In this document: positions 35,177 through 47,939 of the stretch, one piece after another
Numbering within the stretch: position 1 is the first letter of the stretch
Layout: each line of letters opens with the position of its first letter
NCBI GenBank assembly: GCA_907165135.1
Contig: OU015567.1
Coordinates: forward strand, 7,192,001-7,256,000
Length of the DNA: 64,000 nt
DNA from: Oikopleura dioica
Lineage: Eukaryota > Animalia > Chordata
Reading direction: 5' to 3'
The notes under the pieces: model-generated
Databases searched by the model: none
Seen by the model: the letters and a program-made list of their open reading frames with translations, nothing else
What the model was told of the DNA's origin: nothing
Made by a program: the position numbers and the translations under genes

Positions 35177-36586
35177 ATGAAATGGTTTATTTTTGGACTG
35201 GCGATTCTTTTTCAGACCAGGTATGGAATTAGCTTTTTGCTTCAGCTCAGCAAGTTCAATTTTAGCCCTTAAATTCTAGAGCTTTTACTGATGGCCGAAG
35301 AGCCGCTTGCGGCTCTGACTAAAATGAACCCTTAGCCGCACAAACCGCGGCTCTTAAGTTTTTTCGCTCAAAGCCGCGAGCGGCTTTTCGGGTCAAAAAG
35401 CTGTTGCTCAAGCTCAGCTTGCTCCGTTCAACTCATTTTCAGCCAAAAATTGATTTTCTTACCGCTAGGTTTTGTTTTCCTAAAAACCGTAAAACAGTAG
35501 CAAGAGTGTCAAAATCTACAGCGAATATCCTTGTATTTTCGACAGTAATTTCGCCAATGTTTTATAAGCAGTTCGGAAGTCGACAGTTTTATGAAACTGT
35601 AAAATGCATGAAATGTCAACTGGCGAGACAGGTGGCGTCCCAAACAGAATCTTATCTTTTTCTAATTCAAAATTTCTAATTCGCCAAAATAAGAAATGAA
35701 AAAACGATGAGCTGTTAAAAGTTCACGAAAAGTAGGAATCAATTCAGCTGTGTGGAATTTAATAAATCTGCTCTGCTGACATTTCGAGCAGCTTAGAAAA
35801 ATTGAAAGAGGCTTTTCTTGCCAATCAAATGTAGCTCATTTAGCGATTTTAGCGTTTTCGCTGATCGGAAAGTGGCGAAAAGGTGGGCCAGGAACTCGGC
35901 TCTTGAATGTGATATATTGACGGTCTCGGAGATAAAGAAGAAAAAGAAGGCGAAAGTGAATTTGGACGAAATTTATAATGGGTAAGATTCTTATTCAAAA
36001 TATGAGGTTCCCATTTTAAGGATCTCCCCCCCCATCGAGATTTGCGAGTGATGGGGGGGGGGGGGTCCCGAGAAATTTCCTTTAGGATGTGCCCGTTTTA
36101 ATGAATTTTCTTTTGAAGTCAAAGTCCAAGGCTACAAAAATTTACGGGTGCTTTTTCAGGTCGTATTATTTGAACATGAACTCTGGACATTCCGGGTTAT
36201 TTTGGGAACGAAGCGCTGAGAATATAAAAGGCCAGTTGCTGGAATTATTCATCACGCGAGGACGTGTGAGAGGTATTCTTCTTTCTACCATTGTCTCGAT
36301 TCTGTCACTCTTCCACTATTGAGTGTTTCGTCTCAATCTGTAGTTACAGTCGTTCTTTCAAGTCGGGGATAAAAATCGAAAACTGCGGCCAGCCTGGTTG
36401 ATTGGATACAAGCAGCCGGGAACGGGCCACTTCGTCCTCCGATTTTTCGCCTTTGGAAGTTTGAATTGTCGAGCAGCCCATCGCCTCATTCACTGGAATC
36501 AGATCAAGCACTTGACGGCGTACAGCAATCTAAGGAAGATTCAGGAAAGACTCCTCTTAATTAACACTTTCTTTCGAACGAATTAA
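35177..36586 (+). CDS. Putative secreted protein of unknown function
   Basis: Signal exon MKWFIFGLAILFQT, with in-frame spliced exons (SVFADRKVAKRWARNSALEC...; GSYYLNMNSGHSGLFWE...). 3' end uncertain. Confidence 0.45.
35285..35400. repeat. Palindromic element with three AGCCGC-Nx-GCGGCT units
   Basis: gagccgcttgcggctc, agccgcacaaaccgcggct and agccgcgagcggct within inverted flanks; intronic. Confidence 0.65.
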
Positions 36587-36845
36587 AGTTGAAAGTCTTG
36601 ATCAAGATCCGAAAGAACAACTTTCGACATGCGATCTTTCAACTAAGCAATTTGGACAGCTCCCTGCTTTAGAAAATCAAATTTATTCCATCTTGGAAAT
36701 CTTTCTGTATGTTCCTTTATGTTCCTGTATGTTCAAATTAATAAAACAGCATCTCATTAGTAGCCTAAGCAAAGGACAGTTAAAGAGGTTTCCTTGGTTC
36801 AAAGTCAACAGTTCAATTAACAAAAACAACTAACAATAGAATCAC

Positions 36846-36960
36846 TGCCGAGAACGAGAAGCCGCTTGCGGCTTCGAGTATGGGTGATTAGGCCGCGCGA
36901 AGCGCGGCTTTTACGCCTTGTTTTGTTCGAAGCCGCAGGCGGCTTCTCAATTTTCAGCAG
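36846..36960. repeat. Palindromic element with three (A/G)GCCGC-Nx-GCGGCT units
   Basis: gagaagccgcttgcggcttcga ... tcgaagccgcaggcggcttctc (22-bp inverted repeat, 1 mismatch). Confidence 0.7.
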
Positions 36961-37946
36961 CAATTTTTAAGTAACAATTACGATTCTAGCGTAAATCGTT
37001 GTTGACACCCTCAATCAAAAATTACAAATCAGAGTCTCAACATTTGCCTTTGCTTTGTGAAAACATCGGAAAAGCTCCATCAACCCGTGATTTGTCCGTT
37101 AAAAACTAATCCGCCTGGGAAAGTACTTGCGAAGGAGAAAAGTGAAGGTCGACGAGAATGAAAACAAGTTCTGATGGGAAGACGATCGTAAGGAGATTGT
37201 TCCATGCGCTTGCCAGCTTCCAAAGATGGATCGGATTAAAAATGCAGAAAAGCGCCGCTTATAAGAAGAGATACAAGTTTTTTGTACTGCCTCGACACTT
37301 TTTTTTCGGTCAACAGAAATTTGAGAGGGGAAAAGATTTGAAGATCGAATGCGTCTTTTATATCTTTTTATTTCAGCAGTTGTAAGTAAAAAAAATAGGG
37401 TTATAGAAAAAAAAGACGGTGGCGATGATGTCTGATTCGCCAGAAGGCCGAATAATGATTTTTGATTGGTCAAGAGGAGGAAATTAAATTTTGTCTTTTA
37501 GCTATCTTTATACGATTTTCGAGATCTGTACGAGCTAAATGATGTCCGTATTCGTCTCATGAATACGCTGGATACAAATACGCCTGACCACAACATCCGT
37601 AAAACATAACCTTCCTCCTCCATCCCCATAATGTCTTTTCTAGAGCTGCGAGAGTACATGCCCTACAAAATGCTTTGGAAAAACGACTACTTCCGAAAAA
37701 GCGCGGCTTCAGTCCCTATCGAGCGCTAATGAAGAATAATTATTTCTAATATATTTGAAACAGATGTACAGTTAATAAAACAAGAGAGAGAGAGAGATTG
37801 AGAGAGGAAGGAAATATTTGACAGTTGCTTTCAGCAGTAATTCAGCAGCTCTTCTTCGAGGTTCTTGAAGATTTTCGGACGCGAGTACGTCGCCAAGTGT
37901 CTTAAAAAAGGGGGAAATGAATATTGATTCGGGGCTACTGTAGTCC

Positions 37947-39100
37947 TTACTGTTGTCCGTCCGGATTGACCATTGCCATGGTCATCTGCAGCGACATTTT
38001 GGCAAAAGACTGTTTCGTCTCTCCAGCTCGAATTTCCATCATTTTCGACTTGTGCCTTCGATGCAGTTTTGTTTCGTAAATGAATCGCCAAACCAGCGAA
38101 ACCAGAAAAACGATCAAAAGGCCAGCTAAAATTATTCTTTGATAAGGTCGAAATTTGAAAGTTAAAACACGACAAAGCGTGTGAAATGTCTAAAAGTCAG
38201 AAAAAATGCGCTGTCTAAAACACTTTTTGCTGCGAAAGTTTGATTTCACGCTCTTTCGTGCCTAAAAACGCTAATTGCTTGACATTACGCTTGAAAAGTG
38301 TTTAGACGCACGGACGGGTTAATTGTTGTACCGTTTTCGCGTGATAAAATTTATTTAAAAAATTGATTAATTACTTCACTAAAGCTTTCGCTCGGGAACC
38401 TGTGTAGAATACCTGAGTAAGGATCTGAAAGAACAAGGATAAAAAGCCGCCTAGCGGCTTTATTCAAAACGAAGCCGCAAAGCGGCTTTGCCAGATTATC
38501 AAAATATGATAAAATGGAAGACTTCAGGATCCTGACTCAGGTTTTCTACACAGGTTGCCGAGGCAAGTCTTTAACTCACCTAGGATGACTCCAACAACAT
38601 CTCCTCTTTTCAACATTCTCCGAAATTCTCGATCGTCGATCGTTCTTTTTGAAATCCGTACTTTTACACTTTTCTCAAGGTTTTCGCCATAAAACGATGC
38701 CCATTGAAGCGAACGAGAAAGAATTCAATAAAATGCCAATTTTTTTTTATTGAAACACAACCGATCACAATGAGCGGATTATCCGGCTAAGTTGACGGTC
38801 CGAGAGCATCATTTTAAACATGCTATAATTTGCTGTGGTCTTTCATCTTTTTTTGTTTCCAACTACCAAAACTAACCATCATCGCAAAGAAGAAATAAAT
38901 CATTTTTATTGCACACAAGCTTAGAATTCTTGCATAACTTCAGTTTTCAGATTTCAGATACCCCTTCGAATTACAGCAATTTGTATTAAAAATAGAACTC
39001 AACCAAGTAGGAATCCCCTGGCAGCCGAAAATACAATCAGTTGAGTTTCCTCTCCGAAAACGAAGTGCTTCGACACTAGAAATCTTTATAAATTCTTAAA
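37947..39100 (-). CDS. Single-pass membrane protein of unknown function (5' end uncertain)
   Basis: An exon ending DVVGVIL (GTGAG donor at about 38580) splices across a MITE-containing intron to AGLLIVFLVSLVWRFIYETKLHRRHKSK...PDGQQ*. Confidence 0.55.
38394..38559. mobile_element. MITE family A copy (intronic)
   Basis: Family A TIRs plus internal aagccgcctagcggcttt and aaaacgaagccgcaaagcggctttgcc. Confidence 0.85.
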
Positions 39101-39378
39101 TAAAGTGCAACCGACACTTTGTTGATCAAGAAATCAACGAAGAGGAGTTGATGATCTGTTGCTCTTCATTTTGCGATTTCTGCAAGCTACGAACTTTTTT
39201 CTTCGTGTGAAAATGAAGTCGTTTTTGAAAATCCCGCAGCTTTCATCTTCCACGATTCATCTTGATAATCCCTTTTGAAGCAAAAAAAAAAACGATATCG
39301 GGACATTCATTTCGAGCGAGTTATTTTTGAATTTCTCAACCCACCTCATCCTGAATCATCTTTCACCCGAATCCACCG

Positions 39379-39387
39379 TATATAAAG
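39379..39387 (+). promoter_or_regulatory. TATA box
   Basis: TATATAAAG about 90 bp upstream of the intronless ORF at 39473. Confidence 0.5.
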
Positions 39388-39472
39388 CCCCCGAAACTGG
39401 CATTTTCGCCATTCAAAAATCCTTCGATTTTCAACAGAAGAAAACAGCAACCACCAACAATCAACCTTCAAG

Positions 39473-39817
39473 ATGCCACTCCGATGCCTCGCCAACGCGA
39501 TCGCATACTGCTGCGGGATGCAAGTCGTGATCCTCGAACAGAGGGTTGAGGAGAACGAGGAGAAGATCCAAGACAACCAGGACGCCATCGAGGAGATGAA
39601 ACTTCAAATCACCCATCTGAAGAAAGGCATCCCTTTGCCCTCTGCGAAGAAGACCGTCATCGTCGAGAAACCAAAGGAGTCGAAGGCATCAAACCCCTGG
39701 GGCTCTGGAACCAAGAAGCCTTGGGGAGTCCCCGAAGAAACCAAGAAGGACAGCGGCGAGGATGAAGAGTACGAATTTCCTTATAAGTACGTGAAAGAAA
39801 GCCATGGCTGGTACTAA
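39473..39817 (+). CDS. Intronless 114-aa coiled-coil protein of unknown function
   Basis: Clean ORF with C/G-ending codon bias and an upstream TATA box; heptad segment LEQRVEENEEKIQDNQDAIEEMKLQITHL and two PWG motifs. Confidence 0.7.
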   Translation: MPLRCLANAIAYCCGMQVVILEQRVEENEEKIQDNQDAIEEMKLQITHLKKGIPLPSAKKTVIVEKPKESKASNPWGSGTKKPWGVPEETKKDSGEDEEYEFPYKYVKESHGWY

Positions 39818-40122
39818 GTCGCTTCATCCCAAAACTTCTGCAACAACATCCTGATCATTCCTCCTAACATCTGGAACACTTCTGGCTTTGCAGAAGGGCC
39901 CTTTTTAGGGCCACAAATCCTTTTACCTGAGCTTGCTCGGTTTTAGACTAACTTTTAGTTCTTCCCTACTCTTCAGATTCATTTGAGAATCTAATTTACT
40001 CATTTAGTGTCATCGGACTCCCAAAATTCGATGGGAATTCTTGACCTCAAAATGTATCATAAACTACGGGATTAAAAGATGTGATTTATCTTGATTCTGT
40101 ACGTCGAAAGTATCCCTCACCC

Positions 40123-40470
40123 CTACCACCTGCAATTCTTCAAAAGCTCATTCTTTTTTATCCGAGTTTCGGAAGAAAAGCAAGGTGTTTGAGGTCCGGA
40201 ATAAATTTTACAACTTCTCCACTTCTCTAACAAGTCAGAATTCCGCTGATTTTCACAAAAAATTGTGACTAACTCAGAGACGTTGAATCGTTCGAAACTG
40301 GCGCGTCGCTCCTCCGCCCACGCAGAATAGTCACGCGTGAACAAAGTCTCATTACAGTCGATCCAACAGTAGGGCCTTTTTTCGAAAAAGTACAGTGGAC
40401 TGTTTCTCGCTTTCTCGTCCGACTGAAGAGAAAAATCGGAATTGTGAGAGTGCGCTTTTGGCTGTTCCAT
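40123..40470 (-). CDS. Possible 115-aa ORF divergent from ANKRD39
   Basis: ATG directly beside a CpG/CCAAT promoter patch, with an open frame of 115 codons; no homology recognised. Confidence 0.35.
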   Translation of the reverse strand: MEQPKAHSHNSDFSLQSDEKARNSPLYFFEKRPYCWIDCNETLFTRDYSAWAEERRASFERFNVSELVTIFCENQRNSDLLEKWRSCKIYSGPQTPCFSSETRIKKNELLKNCRW

Positions 40471-40545
40471 CACGTGCGGGCGCCAGGGCGAGCCGCGCGT
40501 TGATTGGCCGTCGCGAGCGCTAGTCAAAACGCGCGTAGAGAGCCC
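40471..40545. promoter_or_regulatory. Candidate promoter of the ANKRD39-CDK1-RPS4 run
   Basis: CACGTG, GGCGCC, CGCGCG and GATTGGC (inverted CCAAT) clustered in a GC-rich patch. Confidence 0.5.
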
Positions 40546-40598
40546 GGAGAAAGAATTTTTCGAAAAAAAAGAGAGTAAAGGAAGATTGCTTTAGCGGA

Positions 40599-41368
40599 AT
40601 GGGACATGAAAAGGACTGTAATTGCCACGTGAAATCGACGGGTTTAGAGCAATCTTTGGATGAGCTTGATTGGCAAAGGTTTTTTTAATTAATTAGGAAG
40701 ATATTATCGTAAGTTTTATCAAAGAGGAATATGGGGAGCAGCTTTTGAAGGAAATTTAGAAAAAGTAAAGAAAAAAATTGCGAATCTAAACAAACATGAT
40801 AATTATGGCTTTACTGGAAAGTGAAATATTTCACTAGTTTAAAAAATAATTAAATATTTATTTGAAAATTAGTATTTCGCTCCTGAAAGCTATTCATTAT
40901 GCAGGCATGGATGGAAAATCTAGAATCAGATTTTTGTTTCTAGAATATTCTAAGCGTGTTTTGCGAGTTTTTCCGGTTCAAAAGTTTCTGCTTTTCCAAC
41001 CTTACAATTCCAGCGCGACAGAAACACAAGCACATAATTCAATTCTTACTGAACCAAAGGGATATTGAAGTAAACGCTAGAACTAACGGTGGATGCACTC
41101 CCCTTCATAGAGCAGCCATTACAGGTGCTTTACTGTGAAATACAGTAAGATAAGAAGTAATTAAGGGGATCAATCGGTGGTAGAGCTATTTCTAGCGAAA
41201 AAATCCGTCGATTTCTCAGCGGTTGATGACGAGGGCCAAAATTTTCTCCACAAACTTGCCAAGTCCAAAAAATTCTCGAAACAGTTTTTATCTAGAATTT
41301 TCGCTAACTATTCCGAACTCCTCGTTTCTGACAATTATTCCAAACTGCCTTCTGATTATCAATCCTAA
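40599..41368 (+). CDS. ANKRD39: Ankyrin repeat domain protein 39
   Basis: MGHEKDCNCH...EQSLDELDWQR-GIWGAAFEGNL matches the ANKRD39 QTL.EMDFERGIW motif; later ART.GGCTPLHRAA and DDEGQNFLHK ankyrin repeats. Confidence 0.85.
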
Positions 41369-41539
41369 TTTCAATTTTATGAAATTGATCTTTTTTCTCA
41401 CAAAATTTCTTATTTTTAGACGGTTTATTTTGAGGCAAACTTGGCGAACAAAAAAATTCGTGCGTATTCGCCAAGATCGCAAAGGAGAAGGAGTCAATCT
41501 TCAATTCCCTAAGAAGATTTCCTAAAAAAGGAAATCGGG

Positions 41540-42824
41540 ATGGACGAAGATACCAAGCTGGCGCTTGAGCGGCAGAAACAAATAAACGACATCAGCAACT
41601 ATAAGAAACTCGAGAAGATCGGAGAAGGAACATATGGCATCGTCTACCGCTGCAAATACCTTCCAACAGGACAAACTGTTGCAATGAAAAAATTTCGTCT
41701 GGGAGACGAGGAAGAAGGAATTCCGCCGACAAGGTAAGACTTAAATCGTTTTGGGCTGTTTCAACGCAATTCTAGCGTTCGCGAAATCTCCCTGCTCAAA
41801 GAACTGAAGCACCCGAACATAGTCGACTTGATCACGATTTTGGTGGAAAAGGAGAAAATCTATCTCGTGTTCGAATTCATGCCCATGGATCTCAAGCAAT
41901 ATCTCGACTCCCTCAAAAGTAAATAAACCCCTTTCCCCTTCCCACTCTAACTTCAAATTTCAGACGGAGGAAAATGCATGCGCGAAAAACTCGTTCGATC
42001 ATACATGTTTCAGCTTGTTTGTGTAAGTCAAAGACCACTCCCTTCCTCGCTTTTCTGACAGTCATTCATTAGGGCTTGTCATTTTGCCATAGTCGTCGAA
42101 TACTCCATCGTGATCTGAAGCCACAAAATCTTCTGATCGACGAATCTGGCAACATCAAACTTGCTGATTTTGGCCTCGCTCGCGCTGTTTCCATTCCTGT
42201 CCGCGTCTACACCCACGAAATCATCACCATGTGGTACAGAGCGCCGGAAATTCTTCTCGGTCAAAAGGTAGGCATTCATTCTTGTTTCTGGCGACTCAAT
42301 GAGCTCTAGAACTACTCTACGCCCGTGGATGTCTGGTCCTTAGGCGCAATCTACGCAGAAATGACGACATGCAAGGCCCTCTTCCCTGGCGATTCGGAAA
42401 TCGATCAAATGTTCAAAATCTTCCGCATTTTGGGAACGCCGAGCAAAGACTGCTGGCCCGAGGTCGAAAACTTGCCCGATTTCAAAGTCGAGTTCCCGCA
42501 GTTTCCGCCGATCGGCATCCTGAATCGACTGAAAGAGCAAAACAAAAACATCGAGCTTTGCAAAGAAGGACTTGACTTGATGACGTCGTTCTTGCATTAC
42601 GATCCAAAGAAACGATTGTCCATGCGCAAGGCCTTTGACCATCCATACTTCGACAAGCCACAGTAAGATCTTTTCCTCTGCTCATGAGCTGATTTCTCTT
42701 TTTCAGCTTGGACCGAAAGATGTACCAGGCAATGCGATGCCCTGTGGTCCCCGACTACACGAAACCAGACGCGAATACAGGGGCGCTGAACCTGAACACA
42801 TCGCTCAATTCGATGGAACAGTAA
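41540..42824 (+). CDS. CDK1: Cyclin-dependent kinase 1 paralog with variant PSTAIRE (PPTSVRE)
   Basis: [68 protein letters not shown]. Six exons; the last (42707-42824) adds a C-terminal tail. Confidence 0.92.
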
Positions 42825-43004
42825 CTTTCCTCGTTCTTTCCTTTTCTCCATTGAAAAGAAGTATTCAAACCGTTCCCCATTCACACTGAAACACTTTGTG
42901 ACATTCCAGTCATTCACACACCTGCCCCACTAAACTCAAACATTTTCTACTCCCCTTTTTGTAACAAAATCAATCGTTTCAGATTGAAAGGGACCAAATA
43001 AATC

Positions 43005-43936
43005 ATGACCCGAGGTCAGAAGAAGCATCTGAAGCGGCTGAATGCCCCCAACCACTGGATGTTGGACAAGCTTACCGGTGTCTACGCCCCCAAGCCTTCC
43101 CAGGGTATGATATAGCCCTTGCCTTTTTTCGGCAGAAGTTGTCACGGAACTAATCTTTTGATTAGGACCCCACAAGCAGCGGGAGTGCCTCCCCCTCATC
43201 CTTTTCCTCCGTAACCGATTGCACTACGCTCTCACCGGTGCAGAGGTCAAGAAGATCCTTATGCAGCGATTAGTCAAGGTCGACGGCAAGGTCCGAACCG
43301 ATGTCAACTTCCCCGCTGGTTTCATGGACGTCATCTCTTTGGAGCGAACCAACGAGCACTTCCGATTGATCTACGACGTCAAGGGCCGATTCGCTGTCCA
43401 CCGAATCACCCCCGAGGAGGGCAAGTACAAGCTCTGCCGTATCACCAAGATCGGTGTTGCTGCCAAGGTAAGATCAACCCTTAGAATCAAGGAAGACTAA
43501 CTCAAATTTTCCCTGCAGGGTGTTCCATTCGTCGTCACCCACGACGCCCGAACCATCCGATACCCCAACCCCGACATCAAGGTCAACGACTCCGTCATCC
43601 TTGACATCGAGTCTGGTGCCATCACCGAGCACGTCCGATTCGACACCGGATCCCTCTGCATGATCACTGGCGGTCATAACTTGGGTCGTGTTGGAGTCAT
43701 CGCCTCCCGAGACCGACACCCTGGTTCCTTCGATATCGTCAACATCAAGGACGCCACTGGTGCCGTCTTCGCCACTCGACTTGAGTAAGACTCAATTCCT
43801 TTGTCACGATCCTATTTTCCATTCTAGCAACGTCTTCGTCATTGGCCGAGGAAAGCAGGCCCTCGTCTCCCTCCCACGACAGAAGGGAATCAGAATCTCC
43901 ATCGCTGAAGAGCGAGAGAAGCGACTTGCCCGTTAA
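43005..43936 (+). CDS. RPS4: 40S ribosomal protein S4
   Basis: [23 protein letters not shown]...[39 protein letters not shown] and RLSNVFVIG across 4 exons. Confidence 0.98.
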
Positions 43937-44048
43937 TTTGTCCCTGTGCGCGTAAAACTGTACTTGTGAAGATTTAACTGCGGCTACTGTCCAAAACCAG
44001 AAATTAAAGGATCACTCTTTTAGATCAAAGGACTCTTAATTAATCGAT

Positions 44049-44320
<272 letters not shown>

Positions 44321-44531
44321 GTGGACAGCTCCACCACTCTTGTCTACTCAGTTCTGCTGTGTGTGATAAATAAACAAAAATGGAGTAAAATCGGTCTCGT
44401 TTCCAAATAGTTTTAAAATTTCGCAGGATTCAGCTAGTTAAAATCCTTTGACGCATGTTTTCTTCCTATAGAGGTGATAGTTTTTAATGATGCGCGAATT
44501 CAGATGAGTTGAAATCGTCGAAAAATAAACC

Positions 44532-47500
44532 ATGACAGACGTGGCCGTAATCTTACAGAGCCTGGAGTCGGGCACGCTCCCGATGCAGTCAGGACTCTCG
44601 GCGCTTTTGATGAAGTCTCGCGACAATCCGGTAGAAGTTCTTTCCTCTGTTCCCTTTCTCGTCCAGCGATTATCGAACGAAAATGACTTGAACAAGATCT
44701 CCATTATTCTAAACATCTTTTGTGAGCTGCTTGGCGCCTCGGAAAGCGAGAGAGTTGGTGATTCCACTGCCGAGAGCATCATCAAGTCGGATGTGTTGAC
44801 GACGCTGTTCAGTTTATTGCCCGAGACGGAGTTTTCTGTTAGATTCCCTCTTTTGCGAACGCTTCTTTATACTTGTCAACGAGTACCGAAAGATGTCCAA
44901 CTGGCAGCCGTGTCATCTGGAATTGCGATTGGACAATTAACTGGTATTCTTCAGGATTCTCGAGAGATTCTCAGGTTTGTTTTATCCGAGAACTTATTAT
45001 AAAACGATTCCCAGGAATGAAGCTGTGCTACTTTTCTCAGAACTATGCGAGGATAATCAAGACTTGCCAGTTCTTTTCGCCTTTGAGTCTGGATTCGAGC
45101 TGCTTATCCACATTTTTGAATCTGAATCTTGGGCTGATGGCGGCGTCGTTGTTCAAGACTGCCTCCAACTCATGTGGCTGGTGTTGAACGAAAATACGAA
45201 CACGCAGTCATTTTTCAAAGAAATGGGGTTCATGCACAAGCTCCTTCCGCTCTTCGCCGCTCCCGAGCGTTGGGGAAAAAGAAGAAGTGCAATCGCTTCG
45301 TCCTCGGTTCAGCTATTTTCCGTCTTTGTTTCTCCTTCTCTTCCGGCTAATCATGTGATAGCGATGGTGCAAACGATGGATCAAATCGGTCTTTTGCCTC
45401 ATGTTCTCAACCTTGTTCGCTCTCCTGGATGCCCAGACGAAGTCGTCGAGTCCTGCTTGATTCATCTTTCCCGAGTTTGTTCGCAGTCTTCAACGCAATC
45501 AATTATCGATTCTGGAGTCTGTCTCGCTGCTCTAACACTAACCCTAAACTCTGAGCGACGCTTTCCCTTGCGCCAGGCCGGCTGGGAACTCACAAGAGCA
45601 TGTATTCAACGATCAGCAGTAACTCAACAAGAACTTGTCTTTGGGATTTCTCAAGCGACGGCTGGAGATACGACACAACCAAAAACATTCGGCTCTCTCA
45701 TGGGAAGACATATTTTAGTAGCTCTCATGGGCGGCGACGCAAGCTGCTGCTGGTTCAGTGCCACTATTCTCGCCCGTTGCTTGACCGATCCTTCAGTCAA
45801 AGAATGGCTTCTCACAGTGAAGCTTCCTTACCAAGACTCAGACGGTTCTGTCAAACGATCCGTGACTTTATTTACGATTTTGACATCGAGAATACTGCAG
45901 AGACCCGTTCGCCTTGCAATCTTGCTCTTACTCGCTTCCTGGTCACATGGTTCCCCTGGTGCTATCGCCGCTTTATTGTCCAACTCTCCTGAAACGCCCG
46001 AAGCTAACTCCCTCCACGTCCTGCTCAATATCCTTTCGCAAAATCCGAATTCGGACGATCTTCTCGACATTTCCGAGCGATGCGTCTCCAGCTACATCCT
46101 TCTCCTTGCCGTATTACAGCTCCCAGCTGTGCGCGGACAACTCATTCCCGTTCTACAGCAACTGGGTGGTCGATTTGTTGATCCACTTAGAATCGCTAAT
46201 AAAAAATCGTCAATGTATAAAAGTGGCGATCTTTTGCTCGAGGAAGATTTTAGGAAGCTCGTCCGTGATGCGTTACCAGCGGCGGAAGAAATCATGAAAG
46301 TCCAGTTGAAGCCAAAAACTCCCTCTCCTACCCAAACACCCGCTCCTAAAGCAAGTACTCCGGAGCCGAAAAAGGAAGAAGAGCTGGAAGAAAACCGTGA
46401 TTCCGAAATGAAAAGTGAGCACTCGAGCCCAAGCCCCTCTCCTATTCCAACGATGGACTCTTCCATGACAAAAGAGGCCGACACTTCATCTATCATCGAA
46501 AAAGAAGAACTAGAGCAGCAAATCCTTGACATGTCAAATGAACTGATTTGCCTCAGAGAACGAATCAATGATCTGGAATCTGAACTCGATACGAAATCAG
46601 TTGATGTCGAAAAATACTCCAACGAAGTTAAATCGCTTCAAGAAAATTTGGAAGGAAAATCAGCTGAGAGCAACAAAACTGCGGAAAAAATCAAAGAACT
46701 TGAAGCTAACTTGGAAGAAAAATCCAAAGACAACATCAGCTACAGCCGTAAAATTGATGAACTTGAGGAGCAATTGATTTTGCTAGAATCAGAATCAAAC
46801 TCAACGGCTGCTACTGCAAATGGTGATGCTAAACCTGGTGATCAGAGTCAATCGAAAAGAATCAAGGAGCTCGAAGCCGAGTTGAAATCAGTGACACTGA
46901 AGGCAAATCATTCAAAAATTGCGATGACCAATTTGGAAAAAAGTATTTCAAGTTATCACGACAAAATTAATATGCTCGAAGGTGAAGGGACTTTTTTTAT
47001 TTGATCTGGTGTTCGACTTGTCTTCTGGAATTAAAATAACATTCTAGCGCGAAATGTCGAGATCCAAACGCATCTGACTGGGGTTGAAGAGCACAACAAA
47101 AAGCTAAAGAGCGAGTTGATCGAGAAAACGACGCAGTGCGAAAAGTCAGAAGAAGAAGTTCGTGTGCTGATGTCGTCTACGTCATCGGATAATATTGAAA
47201 ACGCAACAAAGATTCAGGAGTTGGAGGCTGAGCGAGACTTGTTGCTCTCTGAGAATACTCAAAAGTTTGATCAAAATCGCGTCTTGCAGGTAAGCCTTTT
47301 CTCTTTTTTCAGTTAAAAAACAATCCCCATTACTAATGGGCCATTAGGATCGAATTCTGAAGCTAGAAACACTTCTGAAGCAGCAAAACGAGTTTATTGA
47401 CAAGCACGAGCAAGAGGCCCAAAACAATAGAGATATCCAAGAGAAGATTGTTCTCCTGGAAGATGCGCTTCAAGACATGGAAGCGAGACACAAGAGAGAG

Positions 47501-47939
47501 ATGAACTACAAAGATGATGCATTGAGCGAGCTTGAGCGACAGTTGGACCGAAAAGAGTAAGTTTCAAAACTGTTAAGGATAAGATGAAATTGATTGATTT
47601 TTCTGTTCAGAAGTCAGGCAAAAGAAACGAAAGAAACCATCAGCGATCTAAAAGAAATGCTCTCAGAGACGAAGGAAACAATCCACGAACACGTAGCTGT
47701 GATCGGAAGTCAACGAGCAGAGATAGACTCGCTGCGTAATTTGCTCGATCAAAACGGAATCGAGGTAAGTCAGGAAATATCATTCAATATTTTCTGATTA
47801 TTAGAGTTTGGAGGAAAGGGCGGTCAAAAGCACTGAAAGCGCTTTTTCAACTAGACCTGGCTTTTCAAGGATTCCGAAACTAGTTAGATCCAGGGAGAAA
47901 TCGTCGAGTATTTCATCCGACTCATTGGAGGTTAAATGA
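44532..47939 (+). CDS. USO1: General vesicular transport factor p115
   Basis: Head-domain motifs LQDSREILRNEAVLL, FAFESGFE and DGGVVVQDCLQL...LNEN.NTQSFFKE, followed by long coiled-coil exons. The 3' end is uncertain (47939, or it may continue to 49162). Confidence 0.88.
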
